From positions 12,710,001-12,774,000 of the forward strand of contig JBHGNT010000010.1 in NCBI GenBank assembly GCA_043228905.1: a DNA stretch of 64,000 nt, given 5' to 3'. The position numbers were made by a program, and so were the translations under genes. The notes beneath the pieces are model-generated. The model was not told the origin of the DNA. It saw only the letters and a list, made by a program, of their open reading frames with translations, and did not search any database. The stretch is from Azolla caroliniana (taxonomy: Eukaryota; Plantae; Polypodiophyta). Shown here in pieces: positions 14,492 through 29,560 of this stretch; the first letter of the stretch is position 1, and every line of letters begins with the position of its first letter.

Positions 14492-17431
14492 ATTATTTTT
14501 TTCCAAAAAAAAAACTACTTCTATTAGTTAAGCAAAGTACAAAGGATAATTTACAACTCATATCTTATAAGACATCTTGCATGTCGAAGGAAAACAATAT
14601 GTGTAGATGAAACAACAAAAAAAAACAACTTCAAAGCACTACATCATTCGATGTGTGTAGCATAACTCGAACGCATATTCTCCACGTGAGCCTCATACAA
14701 GCAGAATTCAGAATAGATGTCCTCCATTCGCTCCTCAAGGTAGCACCCAGCTAGATGTTAGGTACACTTGGAGGGAATAGCCACCGTGGTGGTTGATAAT
14801 TCCACTTCACTTTACCATCCATTATTTGTAGCATCGACGAACCGTTCCATTTCAGCAAGAAACGAGCTCTCGCTTCTTCACTTGCATCAGATGGCCCGTG
14901 AAGTCTTTCAAACTCACCTCGCAACGTAGAAATTAGATTGAACCAGATCATCACTAGATTCTCAGCCGGTGAGGTTTGTTTACCCGCGAAGGTCTCCTTG
15001 CACCTAGATACCCACACTTGCCAGACCGTAAGGCCGACCACTAATACCCATATGTCTACGCAGTGTTCCGTAAGAAGAATAAACCTCCTTGCACTGGTTG
15101 CAGAGATCCTTGTATCACCTTTAAAGAAGGACTGTTTCCATTCCACCGATTTAATGGCCAACCAAGTGATTGCTATGCTCGATACATGAACCTCCACCCC
15201 GAACCGAGCCAAGATTCTTAAGCTCCTCAACCAAATTTCTTGCGCTCAAGGGCAGCACCACAAAAAATAAGCAATGTCCTCCAAGCTCACTCTACAGGCC
15301 TTGCAACCACTCATGCCGCCTTTATTCCCAAGCCACTCTCCCGTTGGAGCAGCCCGATGGGTGATTCACCAGAAAAAAACTTTGATCCGCTCGGGAAGGG
15401 ATGAGTTCCATATTGTTGAGAGACAAGCTCAACATTGGCCGGATCAGCTGAAGAAGCCGAGGACCAGATCGGTTGGGACCGATCGGTTAGGCCGAATGCG
15501 TAAACCAGTACGCAGACCGGTGCATAGGTAGGGCCGGATTGGTGCGTAAACCGGGAGGCCATTAGGAAAGATATTCCGTGAGGAATATATTTGGGAGTTA
15601 GTGTAGGAGCTCTTAATGAGCATTGAAGTATTGTCAGTACTTCGGTCAATCCTTCTAGGACTTGTATAAAAGTGTTCATTGAACACACATATGTATAGAG
15701 TGTGGTCAATAGAGATTGAGTACTTTTGTTGAATATAGTTCTTGTGTTTTCTCTCTCACTCTCTCTGTCTCTCCCGCATATATTGGGTAAGGTCAAGCTC
15801 TCCATTAAACCTGAGTTTTCTTCCTTCTGTTCGGTCTTCATACTTGCTTCCGCACGTTACTTTTTACACATATCTTGCTCCTAGTTCTATCCACGAAGGC
15901 TAAATCGATAGCTGCATGGGACCACTTGTTGGCACACTTCTCACGATACGAACCTAACTTTCTCCCCAGCCGCGTCGAGTATTTGAAGAAACCTAATGAT
16001 TTATCTTGTTCTCGCTTCCATGTGTATTCAACGGGATCCCATTCTACGCGCTCGAGAGGCTTGCCTTCAACCACGTACAAGATCCAATCCTCCTCAACCT
16101 CTTCGACTGGTGGGTTCACCTTCCATTTCTTTCCGGCTCTTGCTACAATTCTAATCGGGTACCAACATGCACTTTCATCTAATAATCCAATATGGACGGT
16201 CTTCCCATTCCTTCCTAGACCCCTGACATTGCTAATTTTTCCGGTATCATCACATTGTCCGGACCATTCACCCTCTTCCTCATTACCAATAGGAAGCGAG
16301 GAGACAGCTGTATTGACTACGTCAAGCATCTTTCTGCCATTTCTGACCTTTCCCAAGTCTTCATATAGTTGATCACGATTATTGTCGGACAACCACATCC
16401 AATCAGCCACCGAGTGTATCCCTAGACAATACAATGTAGCCCACGTCATGTGCTTGCTTTGTCCAAGCATCGTTCCTTCTGGCGATTGTACTATCTCGTT
16501 TCACAGTAGGGGTTGGCGCATCGATTGAAGACTAGTACTTGGACGATTCCGACTTAGATGCCCACGGAGCATACTCCACGCCTGCATCACTGACATACAA
16601 GTACGATCAGCCAACCGGTTAGATTTCCTCAACTTTAAGGGCATACAAAAAGGCCACGCTTTGTGTGACTTCCAATGCCCAACCAGTCTTGGACTCCAGA
16701 CAATGCTCCTATTATGTATCAATGTTTACCATAACTCGTTACCAGGTAACAAGCTCCTTACCAATACCTTGCATAACAATGCTTGACTCTACAATCTAGG
16801 GTCAATCAATCTTCAACCCCCCTTACTCTTGGGAATAACCAACGTAGACCATGATACTTTGGCTGCCACGTTGTCTTTCCTCATCCCAGCCCAAAGGAAT
16901 CCCCTAATACACGCTTTAACATTACGAATAGCTTGCTTGTCAAACATCCACACTGAAACTGCATGCCATAACGTAGACAAGAGCACATGGTTAGCTAATA
17001 TGATCCTGCCAGCCAATGATAAGTTCATCCCTGACCAATTGCGAATTTTGTCACAGATTTTGCTTTGAGTTTGTTGCAATTGAATTCCTTTGTCAATATC
17101 TACCCCAATCCACGTTCCCAGATATCGAGTGGCTTCCCCGTTTGCAAATCCATTTGAATTCAGCATTTGGCTTCCAAATAGGCTCGGACTCCAAGCTGAT
17201 CCAAAAACCCTTCGACTACTTCCAATTGATGGACACTCTCCATGGCTTGCAAAAGAGCTCAATAGCACTCTGTGCCGTCTCAAGATTCGCTTCATTTCCT
17301 TGGAGGTATAGCATCGTATCGTCCGCGAACTCCGAGTCCACAAGTGACTTCCTTGAATTAGGGATCAAAAGACCATGAAGATTTGCCCTTTGACTGTTAA
17401 AAAGGGCAGACATTGCTTCAGTAATAAAATG
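14492..17431 (-). mobile_element. 5'-truncated, decayed L1-clade-like LINE (ORF2 3' part: RT C-terminus, zf-RVT-like region, 3' UTR, short A-tail)
   Basis: Minus-strand fragments contain SEFADDT, RYLG..IG and LSLAGRIILANHVLLS...FLW...KVSW..LVIPKSKGG. They also contain IWNSSLPERIKVFFW and C-x2-C (GCKAC). There are multiple stops and frameshifts, and a T-run at 14496-14502. Confidence 0.9.
15414..15840. mobile_element. ~425 bp LTR-like insertion interrupting the LINE
   Basis: Splits the LINE frame between KQV and (I)WNSSLP. It starts with TGTTG, ends ...TCTTCA and has an internal TATAAAA and CT-rich tract. Flanks are CATAT/CATAC (imperfect duplication overlapping the terminal CA). Confidence 0.5.
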
Positions 17432-19454
17432 GAAACGTGCGGGTAAAAGTACAGGCATAGGAAAAACTAGATACATTATATGTCATGAGTTAATGTGGCA
17501 TCGATAAAAACGATAGTGTGTTAGAATAATCCTCTATTTCTTGTTTATGCTTGCGAAATATATAAATGTTATTTATTAGTAATCAATGATTGCAATATTA
17601 AAAAGTGTAGAAAAGGTGATCCATTGTAGTCTACTTGGCTAGAATACTCGCCTCTCACCAAAGAGACCCGGGTTTAACTCTCGGGAATAGGAAGGACAAT
17701 ATCATATATAAAATTTTGTGACGCATGTCATGTCTTAACTGTTTGATAACTAAAAAACTCAAGGCGTAAAGTAGTTAGAATAATATACAATTAACAAAAT
17801 AATCAATCTTATGTTTGAAGGATTGACAACGAACTTTGCTTTGATTTTTTTCTCAAAACATCAATTTCTAAACTTAATCCCATCATTCAACTAATGGTAT
17901 AGGTTTCAAATGAGATTTGACAAAACATTATGTTGTTCGGGACAAGAAGAAGCAATATATTTAGTCGTGGTTATTCCTCAACATTGTTACGACAAATTAG
18001 TACACCAACAATTATAGTTTGGATAACTTGGTACAATTTGCAAAAATACGCATTGATTGTCGAATAATGGTGAATTCCCAATGAGCATTGCACAATGTTT
18101 CTTTATTTGACGTAAAGCACTAAAATATTACATTCACTAATTCATTTACTAAATGAATTCCAATGTAGTCTAGTTGGTTCGGATCCATGTTTATTACACG
18201 AGACTCCCTAGTACAACAACTCGCATGGGAAAAACTAGATACATCATAGATCATGAGGTAATATCGCATCGATAAAAACCCTTGAAATTATTAAATCTTA
18301 AAAACGAGAGTGTGTTAGAATAATCCTCGGTTTCTTATTGATATTATTTATTACTAATCAATGATTGCAAAATTAAAAAGTACACAAGATATGATCCATT
18401 GTAGTCTAGTTGGTTAGTATAGTCGGCTTTCACCCGAGAGACCCGTGTTCAACTCCCGGCAATGGAAACGACAATATCATATATTAAATTTTCGACGCAT
18501 ATCATCTGTTAACTGTTTGATAACTCAAAAACTCAAGACCTAAGGTAGTTGCTCCTTGCGCATTATATAAATATTATCCTCACTTTCTCGTTGTTGCTTG
18601 CGTAATATATAAATATTATTTATTACTAATCAATGATTGCAATATTAAAAAGTACACAAGATGTGATCCAGTGTAGTCTAGGTGGTTAGGATACTCGGCT
18701 CTCACCCGAGAGATCCGGGTTCAACTCCCAGCAATGGAAACGACGATATCATATATTAAATTTCCGACGCATATCCTGTTTTAACTATTTGAGTACTCAA
18801 GACCTAAAGTAGGTTTTACAAGAATGTACAATTAATAGAATAATCAATATTATGTTTGAAGGATTGATAACGAAATTTGCTTTGATTTTTCTCTTCTAAC
18901 ATCAATTTCTAAACTTAATTCCATTTTTCAATTAATAGTAGAGGTTTCATATGAAATTCAACTAATCATTATGTTGTTTAGTACAGGAAGAAGTACTATA
19001 TTTAGTTGTGGTTATTCCTCAACATTGTTACGACAAATTAGTAAACCGAAAATTATAGTTTGGATAACTTGATACTATTTCCAAATATACGCATAGATTG
19101 TCGAATAATGGTGAATTCTTGATGAGCATTGCACCATGTTTGTTTATTTGAACGAAAGCACTTGAATATTACATTAACTAATTCATTTATTAAATGAATT
19201 CCATTGTAGTCTAGTTCGTTCAGATCCTTGTTTCTTACACAAGACTACCGGGTACAATAATAGGCATTGACAAAACTAGATACATCATAGATGATAAGGT
19301 AATGTCACATCAATAAAAAACGTTGAAATTATAAAATCTTAAAAAACAGAGGGTGTTAGAATAATCCTCTGTTTCGCATTGATGCTTGGGCAATATATAA
19401 ATATTATTTATTACTAATCAATAATTGCAATATTAAAAAGTACACAAGATGTAA

Positions 19455-19527
19455 TCCATTGTAGTCTAGTTGGTTAGGATTCTCGGCTCTCACCCGAGAG
19501 ACCCGGGTTCAACTCCCGGCAATGGAA
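19455..19527 (+). tRNA. tRNA-Glu(CTC), structurally intact copy
   Basis: All four stems pair. A box TAGTCTAGTTGG, B box GGTTCAACTCC, anticodon CTC. Upstream TATTAAAAA and CAA resemble plant Pol III flanks. Confidence 0.85.
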
Positions 19528-20622
19528 ACGACAATATCATATATTAAATTTCCGACGGATATCATGTTTTAATTGTTTGATAACTCGAAAAATCAAGACC
19601 TAAAGTAGGTGTTACAATAATGTATAATTAACAAAATAATCAATATTATGTTTGAAGGATGGATGACGAACATAACATTAATTTTTTTCTCCTAACATCA
19701 ATTTCTAAACTTAATCCCATTATTCGATTAATGGTAGAGGTTTTAATTAAAATTGGACAGAACATTATGTTGTTCGGGACAACAAGAAGCAGTATATTTG
19801 GTTGTGGTTATTCGTCAACATTGTTACGGCAAATTAGTACACCAACAATTTTGGTTTGGATAACTTGATACAATTTCAAACAATACGCATCGATTGCAGA
19901 ATAATGTTCAACTATCGATGACTATTGCACCATGTTTCTTTATTAGTAACAAAGCATTAGAATTGTAAATTAACTAATTCAATTACTAAATGAATTCCCT
20001 TGTTATCAACTTGCCTCGGATCCTTGCTTTTTACATGGGACGCCCAGGTACAAGTAGATATAGCATATATCATGAGTAAATGTGGCATCGATAAAAACCC
20101 TTGAAATTATTAAATCATAAAAATGAGAGTGTGGTATAATAATCATCAGTTTCTCATTGATGCTTGCGCAATATATAAATATTATCTATTACTAATTAAT
20201 GATTGCAATATTAAAAAGTGCACAAGATGTGATCCAGTGTAGTTTAGTTGGTCAGGATACTCGGTTGTCACCCGAGAGACCCGTGTTCAACTCCTGGCAA
20301 TGGCAACGACAATATCATATATTAAATTTCCGACGTAAATCATGTGTTAATTGTTTGATAACTCAAGACCTAAAGTAGGTGTTACAATAATGTACAATTA
20401 ACAAAATAATCAATATTGTTACGATAAATTAGTACACCAATAATTATAGTTTGGATAACTTGATAAACTTTCAAACAATATGTACAGATTGCAAAATAAT
20501 GGTCAATTGTCGACAAGCATTGCACCTTGTTTCTTTATTTGTAGCAAAGCACTAGAATAGTACAATAAGTAATTCATTTACTCAATGTATTCCATTGTAA
20601 TCAAGTTACCTCGAATCGTTGA

Positions 20623-21280
20623 ATTTTTTTTTTCCAAAAAAAAGAACTACTTCTATTAGTTAAGCAAAGTACAAAGGATAATTTACAACTCATATCTTAT
20701 AAGACATCTTGCATGTCGAAGGAAAACAATATGTGTAGATGAAGCAACAAAAAACAACAACTTCAAAGCACTACATCATTCAATGTGTGTAGCACAACTC
20801 GAACGCATATTCTCCACGTGAGCCTCATACAAGCAGAATTCAGAATAGATGTCCTCCATTCGCTCCTCAAGGCAGCACCCATCTAGATGTTAGGTACACT
20901 TGGAAGGAACAACCACCGTGGTGATTGATAATTCAACTTCACTTTACCATCCATTATCTGTAGCATCGACGAACCGTTCCATTTCAGCAAGAAACGAGCT
21001 CTCACTTCTTCACTTGCTTCAGATGGCCCTTGAAGACTTTCAAACTGACCTCGAAACGTAGAAATAAGATTGAACCAGATCATCATTAGATTCTCAGCCG
21101 GTGGGGTTCGTTTACTTGCGAAGGTCTCCTTGCACCTAGATACCCACACTTGCCAGACCGTAAGGACGACCACTGATACCCATATGTCCACGCAGCGTTC
21201 TTGTAAGAAGAATAAACCTCCTTGCGCTGGTTGCACAGATCCTTGTATCACCTTTAAAGAAGGATTGTTTCCATTCCACC
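20623..21280 (-). mobile_element. Short 3' fragment of the same LINE, part of a local duplication
   Basis: Homologous to 14492-15148 with the same array junction (CGAATCGTTGA|ATT). The upstream ~2 kb matches ~12480-14490. Confidence 0.88.
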
Positions 21281-24200
21281 CTTGAAACCACTGGTTAGGA
21301 TAGTTGGCTCTCACCCGAGAGACCCGGGTTCAACTCCTGGCAATGGAAACGATAATATCATATATTAAATTTTCAACGCATATCATGTGTTAACTGTTTG
21401 ATAACTCAAAAACTCAAGACCTACAGTAGGTGTTACAATAATGTACAATTAACAAAATAATCAATATTATGATTAAAGGATTGATAACGAACTTTACTTT
21501 AATTTTTTTCTCCTAAAATCAATTTCTAATCTTAATCCCATTATTTGATTAATTGTAGAGGTTTAGAATGAATTCAGACCAAACATTATGTTGTTCGGGA
21601 CAACAAGACGCAGTATGTTTAGTTGTGGTTATTCCTCAACATTGTTACGATAAATTAGTACACCAACAATTATAGTTTGGATAACTTGATATAATTTCAA
21701 ACAATAGGCATAGATTGCAGAATAATGGTTAACTGTCGACAAGCATTGCACTATATTTCTTTTTTTCTTGCAAAGCACTAGAATAGTACATTAACTAATT
21801 TATTTACTAAATGAATTCCATTGTAATCAAGTTGCCTCGAATCGTTGATTCTTACTCGAAACGCGCGGGTAAAAGTACAGGCATAGGAAAAACTAGATAC
21901 ATTATATATCATGAGTTAATGTTGCATCAATAAAAAGTCGTGAAATTATTAAATCTTAAAATCGAGAGTGTGTTAGAATAATCCTCTATTTCTTGTTTAT
22001 GCTTGCGCAATATATAAATATTATTTATTAGTAATCAATGATTACAATATTAAAAAGTCTACAAGATGTGATCCATTGAAGTCTAGTTGGTTAGAATACT
22101 CGGCTCTCACCCGAGAGACCCGAGTTCAACTCCCGGGAATAGAAAGGACAATATCATATATAAAATTTTGTGACGCATGTCATCTGTTAACTGTTTGATA
22201 ACTCAAAAACTCAAGACGTAAAGTAGTTACAATAATGTACAATTAACAAAATAATCAAGATTATGTTTGAAGGATTGAGAAAGAACTTTACATTCAGGTT
22301 TTTCTCCTAACATCAATTTCTAAACTTAATCCCATTATTCAATTAATAGTAGAGGTTTCAAATGAAATATGACAAAACATTAGATTGTTCGGAACAAGAA
22401 GAAGCAGTATATTTTGTCGTGCTTATTTCTCAATATGATTATGACAAATTCGTACACCGACAATTGTAGTTTGGATAACTTGATAGAATTTCCAAACATA
22501 CACATAGATTGTAGAATAATGGTGAACCCTAGATCAACATTGCACCATAGTTCTTTATTTAAAGCAAAGCGGTAGAATATTACATTAACTAATTCATTTT
22601 CTAAATGAATTCTATTGTCCCGAGTACAACCATAGGCATTGGAAAAACTAGATACATCATAGATCATGAGGTAATGTTTTATTGATAAAAACCCTTCAAA
22701 TTATTAAATCTTAAAAACGAGAGTGTGTTAGAATAATCCTCAGTTTCTTGTTGATTTCTTGCGCAATATATAAATATTACGTATTGCTAATCTATAATTG
22801 CAATATATCTATACACAAGATAGGATCCATTGTAGTGTAGTTGGTTAGGATACTCAGCTTTCACCCGAGAGACCCGTGTTCAACTACCGGCAATGGAAAC
22901 GACAATATCATATATTAAATTTCCGACGCATATCATGTGTTAACTATTTGATAACTCAAAAATTGAAGACCTAAAGTAGTTGTTACAATAATGTACAATT
23001 AACAAAACAATCAATATTATGTTTGAAGGATTGATGACGATCTTTAGTTTAGTTTTTCTCTCCTAACATAATTTTCTAAACATGATCCCATTATTCGATT
23101 AATGGTAGAGGTTCCAAATGAAATTGGACAAAACGTTAGGTTGTTCAGGACAAGAAGAAGTAGTAGATTTAGTCGTGGTTATTTCTCAATATGGTTACGA
23201 CAAATTTGTACAGCGACAATTATTGTTTGGATAACTTGATAGAATTTCCAAACATACACATAGATTGTAGAATAATGGTTAACTGTTGATGAGTATTGCA
23301 CCATATTTCTTTATTTGTAACAAAGGACTAGAATCGTACATTAACTAATTCATTTACTAAATGAATTCCATTGTAATCAAGTTGCCTCGGTTCCTTGCTT
23401 TTTACCTGAAACACCCGGCTACAAGTAGATATATCAGATATCATGAATTATTGTGGCATCGATAAAAACCCTTGAAATTATTAAATCCTGAGTTTTTCAT
23501 TAATGCTTACGCAAAATGTAAATATTATTTATTTCGAATTAATGATTGCAATATTAAAAAGCACACAAAATGTGATCCATTGTAGTCTAGCCGGTTAGCA
23601 TACTCCGCTCTGACCTGAGAGACTCGGGTTGAACTCTCGTCAATGGAAACAACAATATCATATATTAAATTGCCATCGCATATCATGTGTTTACTGTTTG
23701 ATAACTCAAGACGTAAAGTAGGTTTTACATTAATGTCCAATTAACAAAATAATCAATATTATGTTTGACGGATCGATGACGAACTTTACTTTAATTTTTT
23801 TCTTGTAAAATCAATTCTAAACTTAATCCCATTATTTGATTAATGCTACAGGTTTCAAATGAAATTGGACCAAACATTATGTTGTTCGGGACAACAACAA
23901 GCAGTATGTTTAGTTGTGGTTATTCCTCAACATTGTTACGATAAATTAGTACACCAACAATTATAGTTTGGATACATTAATACAATTTCAAACAATAGGC
24001 ATAGATTGCAGAATAATGGTCAACTGTCGACAAGCATTGCACCATGTTTCTTTATTTGTAGCAAAGCACTAGAATAGTAAATTAACTAATTTATTTACTA
24101 AATGATGTCCATTTTAATCAATTTGCCTCGAATCGTTGATTCTTACTCGAAACGCGATAGGAAAAACTAGATACATTATATATGATTAGTTAATGTCGCA

Positions 24201-27200
24201 TCGATCAAAAGCTGTGAAATTATTAAATCTTAAAAATGACAGTATGTTAGCACAATCCTCAGTTTTTCATTGATGCTGAAGCAATATATAAATATTATTT
24301 ATTAGTAATCAGTGATTGCAATATTAAAAAGTGTAGAAGATGTGATCCATTGTAGTCTAGTTGGTTAGAATACTTGGCTCTCACCTGAGAGACCCGGGTT
24401 TAACTCTCGGTTATAGAAAGGACAATATCATATATAAAGTTTTGGGACGCATTTCATGTCTGAACTGTTTGATAATTCAAAAACTCAAGACGTAATGTAG
24501 TTACAATAATTTACAATTAACAAAAAATTCAATATTATGTTTGAAGGATTGATAAAGAACTTTGCTTTAATTTTTTTCTCCTCACATCAACTTCTAAACT
24601 TAATCCCATTATTAAATTAATAGTAGAAGTTTCAAATGAAATTTGGCAAAATATTATGTTGTACGCAACAAGAAAAAGCAGTATATTTAGTCGTGGTTAT
24701 TCCTCAACATTCTTACGACAAATTAGTACACCAACAATTATAGTTTGGATAACTTGATACAATTTCCAAAACTATGCATAGAATAATGATGAATTCACGA
24801 TGAGCATTGCACCATGTTTCTTTATTTGAAGGAAAGCACTAGAATATTACATTCTCTAATTCATTTACGAAATGAATTCCATTCTAGTCTAGTTGGTTCG
24901 GATCCTTGTTTCTTACACGAGACTCCCGGGTACAACAACTCGCATGGGAAAAACTAGATACATCATAGATCATGAGTTTATATCGCATCGATAAAAAGCC
25001 TTGAATTTATTAAATCTTAAAAACGAGAGTGTGTTAAAATAATCCTCAGTTTCTCGTGGATGCTTGCACAATATATAAATATTATTTATTACTAATTAAT
25101 GATTGCAATATTAAAAAGTACACTAGATATGATCCATTGTAGTGTAGTTCGTTAGGATACTTAGCTCTCACCCGAGACATCCGGGGTGAACTCCCGGCAA
25201 TGGAAACGACAATATCATATATAAAATTTCTGACGCATATCATGTGTTAATTGTTTGGTAACTCAAAAACTCAAGCTCTAAAGTAGTTGTTAGAATAATG
25301 TACAATTAACAAAATAATCAATATTATGTTTAAAGGATTGATGACGAACTTTGCTTTCATTTTTTTCTCCTAACATCAATTTCTAAATTTAATCCCATTA
25401 TTCAATTAATAGTAGAGGTTTCAAATGGAATTTGACACAAGATTATGTTGTTCGGGACCAGAAGAAGCAATATATTTACTCGTGGTTATTTCTCAACATG
25501 GTTACGACAAATTAGGACACAGACAATTATAGTTTGGATAACTTGATAGAATTTCCAACAATACGCATAGATTGTAGAATAATGGTCAATTCTCGAACAA
25601 CATTGTACCATATTTCTTTATTTGAAGCAAAGGACTAGAATATTACATTAACTAATTCATGTACTAAATGAATTCCATGGTAGTCTAGTTTGTTCGGATG
25701 CTTGTTTTCACACAAGAGTCCCAGATATAACATTATGTTGTTCGGGACAACAAGAAGCGGTAGATTAGGTTGTGGTTATTCGTCAAGATTGTTACGATAA
25801 ATTAGTACACCAACAATTATAATTTGGATAACTTGATACAATTTCAAACAATACGCATAGATTGCAAAATAATGGTCAACTCTCGACAAGCATTTCACCA
25901 TGTTTCTTTCTTTGTAGCAAAGCACTAGAATAGTACATTGACTAGTTCATTTACTCAATAATGGTCAACCCGTGAAATGATTAAATCTTACAAACGAGAG
26001 TGTGTTACAATAATCCTCTGTTTCTCGTTGATGCTTGCTCAATATATAAATATTATTTATCTCTAATCAATGATTGAAGTATTAAAAAGCACACTAAGTG
26101 TGATCAGTTGTAGTCTAGTTGGTTAGGATACTCGGCCCTCATTCGAGAGACCCGTGTTTAACTCTCGGCAATGGAAACGATAATATCACATATTAAATTT
26201 TTTACAAATATCATGTGTGAACTTTTTGATAACTCAAAAACTCAAGACCTAAAGTAGGTGTTCCAATAATGTACAATTAACAAAATAATCAATATTATGT
26301 TTGAAGGATTGATGATGAACTTTACTTTACTCCCATTATTCGATTAATGGTAGAGGTTTCAAATGAAATTGGACAAAACATTCTGTTGTTCGAGACAACA
26401 AAAAGAAGTATATTTGGTTGTGGTTGTTCGTCAACATTGGTACGACAAATTAGTACACCAACAATTACAATTGGGATAACTCGATACAATTTCAGACAAT
26501 ACGCATAGATTGCAAAATAATGGGCAACTCTCGACAAGTTTTGCACCATGTCTCTTTATTTGTAGCAAAGCACTAGAATAGTACATTAACTAATTTATTT
26601 ACTAAATGAATTCCCTTGAAAAACCCTTGAAATTATTAAATCTTAAAAACAAGAGTGTGGTAGAATAATCCTAAGTTTTTCGTTGATGCTTGCGCAAAAT
26701 ATAAATATTATTTATTTCTAATCAATGATTGCAATATTAAAAAGCACACAAAATGTGATCCATTATAGTCTAGTTGGTTAGGATACTCGGCTCTCACCCA
26801 AGAGACCCGGGTTCAACTCCAGGCAATGCAAACGACAATGTCATATATTAAATTTCCGACCCATATAATGTGTTATCTGTTTTATAACTCAAAAACTCAA
26901 GACCTAAAGTAAATGTTACAACAATGTAAAATTAACCAAAATAATCAATATTATATTTAAAGGATTGATGACGAACTTTACTTTGATATTTCTCTTCGAA
27001 CATCAATTTCTAAACTTAATCCCATTATTCGATTAATGGTAGAGTTTTCAAAGGAAATTGGACAAAACATTATGTTGTTTGAGAAAACAAGAAGCAGTAT
27101 ATTTGATTGTGGTCATTCGTCAACATTAGTACGACAAATTAGTACACCAACAATTATAGTTTGGATAACTCGATACAATTTCAAACAATACGCATAGATT

Positions 27201-29560
27201 GCAGAATAATGGTCAACTGTCGATGAGCATTGAACCATGTTACTTTATTTGTAACAAAGGACTAGAATGGTACATTAACTAATTCATTCACTAAAGGAAT
27301 TCAATTGTAATCAAATTGCCTCGGATGCTTGCTTTTTACCTGAGACGCCCGGGTACAATTAGATATGTCAGATATCATGACTCAATGTGGAATGTATAAA
27401 AACCCTTCAAATTATGAAATCTTAAAAACGAGAGTGTGGTAGCATAAACTTCAGTTATTCGTTGATGCTTGCGTAAAATATAAATATTATTTCTTTCTAA
27501 TCAATGATTGAAAGATTAAAAAGCACACAAAATGTGATCCATTGTAGTCTAGTTGGTTAGGATACTCAGCTCCTGGCAACTCCTGGCAATGGTAATGACA
27601 ATGTCATATATTAAATTTTCGAAGCTTATCATCTGTTAAGTATTTGATAACTCAAAAACTCAAGACCTAAAGTAGGTGTTACAATAATGTACAATTAACA
27701 GAATAATCAATATTATGTTTGAAGTATTGATGATGTACTTTACTTTAATTTTTTTTTGCTAATATCAATTTCTAAACTTAATCCCATTATTCAATTAATG
27801 GTAGAGGTTTCGAATGAAATTGCACCAAACATTATGTTGTTCGGGAACACAAGAAGCAGTATGTTTAGTTGTGGTTATTCGTCAACATTGTTACGATAAA
27901 TTAGTACACCAACAATTATAGTTTGGATACTTTAATACAATTGCAAACAATAGGCAGAGATTGTAGAATAATGGTCAACTGTCGACAAGCATTGCACCAT
28001 GTTTCTTTATTCGTAACAAAGCACTAGAATAGTAAATTAACTAATTTATTTACTTAATGAATTCCCATGTAATCAAGTTGCCTCGAATCGTTGATTCTTA
28101 CTCGAAATGCGATAGGAAAAACTAGATACATTATATATCATGAGTTAATGTGGCATCGATAAAAAGCCTTGAATTTATTAAATCCTAAAATCGACAGTGT
28201 GTTAGAACAATCCTCAGTTTTTCATTGATGCTTAAGTAATATATAACTATTATTTATTAGGAATCAATGATTGTAATATTAAAAAGTGTAAACGATGTGA
28301 TCCATTGTAGCCTAGTTGGTTAGAATACTTGGCTCTCACTTGAGAAACCCGGTTTCAACTATCGGGAATAGAAAGCACAATATCATATATAAAATTTTGC
28401 GACGCATGTCATGTCTGAACTATTTGATAACTCAAAAACACAAGACGTAAAGTAGTTTCAATTATGTACAATTAACAAAATAATCAGAATTATGTTTCAA
28501 GGATTAATAAAGAACTTTGGTTTGCTATTTTTCTCCTCACATCAATTTCTAAACTTAATCCCATTATTCAATTAATAGTAGAGGTTTCAAATGAAAATTG
28601 ACAAAATATTATGTTGTTCGGGACCAGAAGAGGCAGTATATTTACCCGTGGTTATTTCTCAACATGCTTACGACAAATTCGTACACCGACAATTATAGTT
28701 TGGATAACTTGATAGAATTTCCAAAAATACGCATAGATTGTAGAATAATGGCGAACTCTCGAACAACATTGTACCATATTTCTTTATTACATTAAATAAT
28801 TCATGTACTAAATGAATTCCATTTTATTCTAGTTGGTTCGAAACCTTGTTTTTCACACGAGACTCCCGGCTATAACATTATGTTGTTCGGGACAACAAGA
28901 AGCAGTAGATTTGGTTCTGGTTATTCGTCAACATTGTACGCGACAAGGAGAAGCAGTATATTTAGTCGCGGTTATTCCTCAACATTATTAATCCAAGTTA
29001 GTACACCAACAATTATACTTTGGATAACTTGATACAATTTCCAAAACTACGCATAGATTGTCGAATAATGATGAATTCCCGATGAGCATTGCACCATGTT
29101 TCTTTATTTGAATTAAAGGACTAGAATATTACATTCTCTAATTCATTTACTAAATAAATTCCATTGTAGTCTAGTTGGTTCGAATCCTTGTTTTTTACAC
29201 GAGACTCTCGGGTACAACAACTCGCATGGGAAAAACTAGATACATCATAGATTATGAGTTTATATCGCATCGATAAAAGCCTTGAAATTATTAAATCTTA
29301 AAAACGAGAGTGTGTTAGAATAATCCTCAGTTTCGAGTCAATGCTTGCGCAATATATAAATATTATTTATTACTCATAGATTGCAAAATAATGGTCAACT
29401 CTCGACAAGTTTTGCACCATGTTTCTTTTTTTGTAGCAATGCACTAGAATAGTGCATTAACTAATATATTTACTAAATGAATTCCATTGTAATCAAGTTG
29501 TCTCGAATCGTTTATTTTTACTCGAAACATGCGGGTACAAGTACAAACCTATCCACCTCG

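Larger units (their letters stand above)
427..29544 (+). repeat. Tandem array of tRNA-Glu-containing ~700-800 bp units, block 1 (about 35 copies, many degenerate or partially deleted; interrupted by LINE fragments)
   Basis: Recurrent TCCATTGTAGTCTAGTTGGTTAGGATACTCGGCTCTCACCCGAGAGACCCGGGTTCAACTCCCGGCAATGGAA with conserved AT-rich spacer motifs (CATCAATTTCTAAACTTAATCCCATTATT, TTATAGTTTGGATAACTTGATAC, AAATCTTAAAAACGAGAGTGTGTTAGAATAATCC). Confidence 0.95.

Noticed and set aside
14938-17378. Plus-strand ORFs over the LINE (and 56806-59417)
   Set aside because: Antisense shadows of the minus-strand LINE ORF2.
366-28795. Short ORFs within the tRNA array (for example 925-1149, 12753-12941, 22380-22667; also 45381-47963 and 60579-60881)
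   Set aside because: Chance open frames in repeat units, not conserved between copies.
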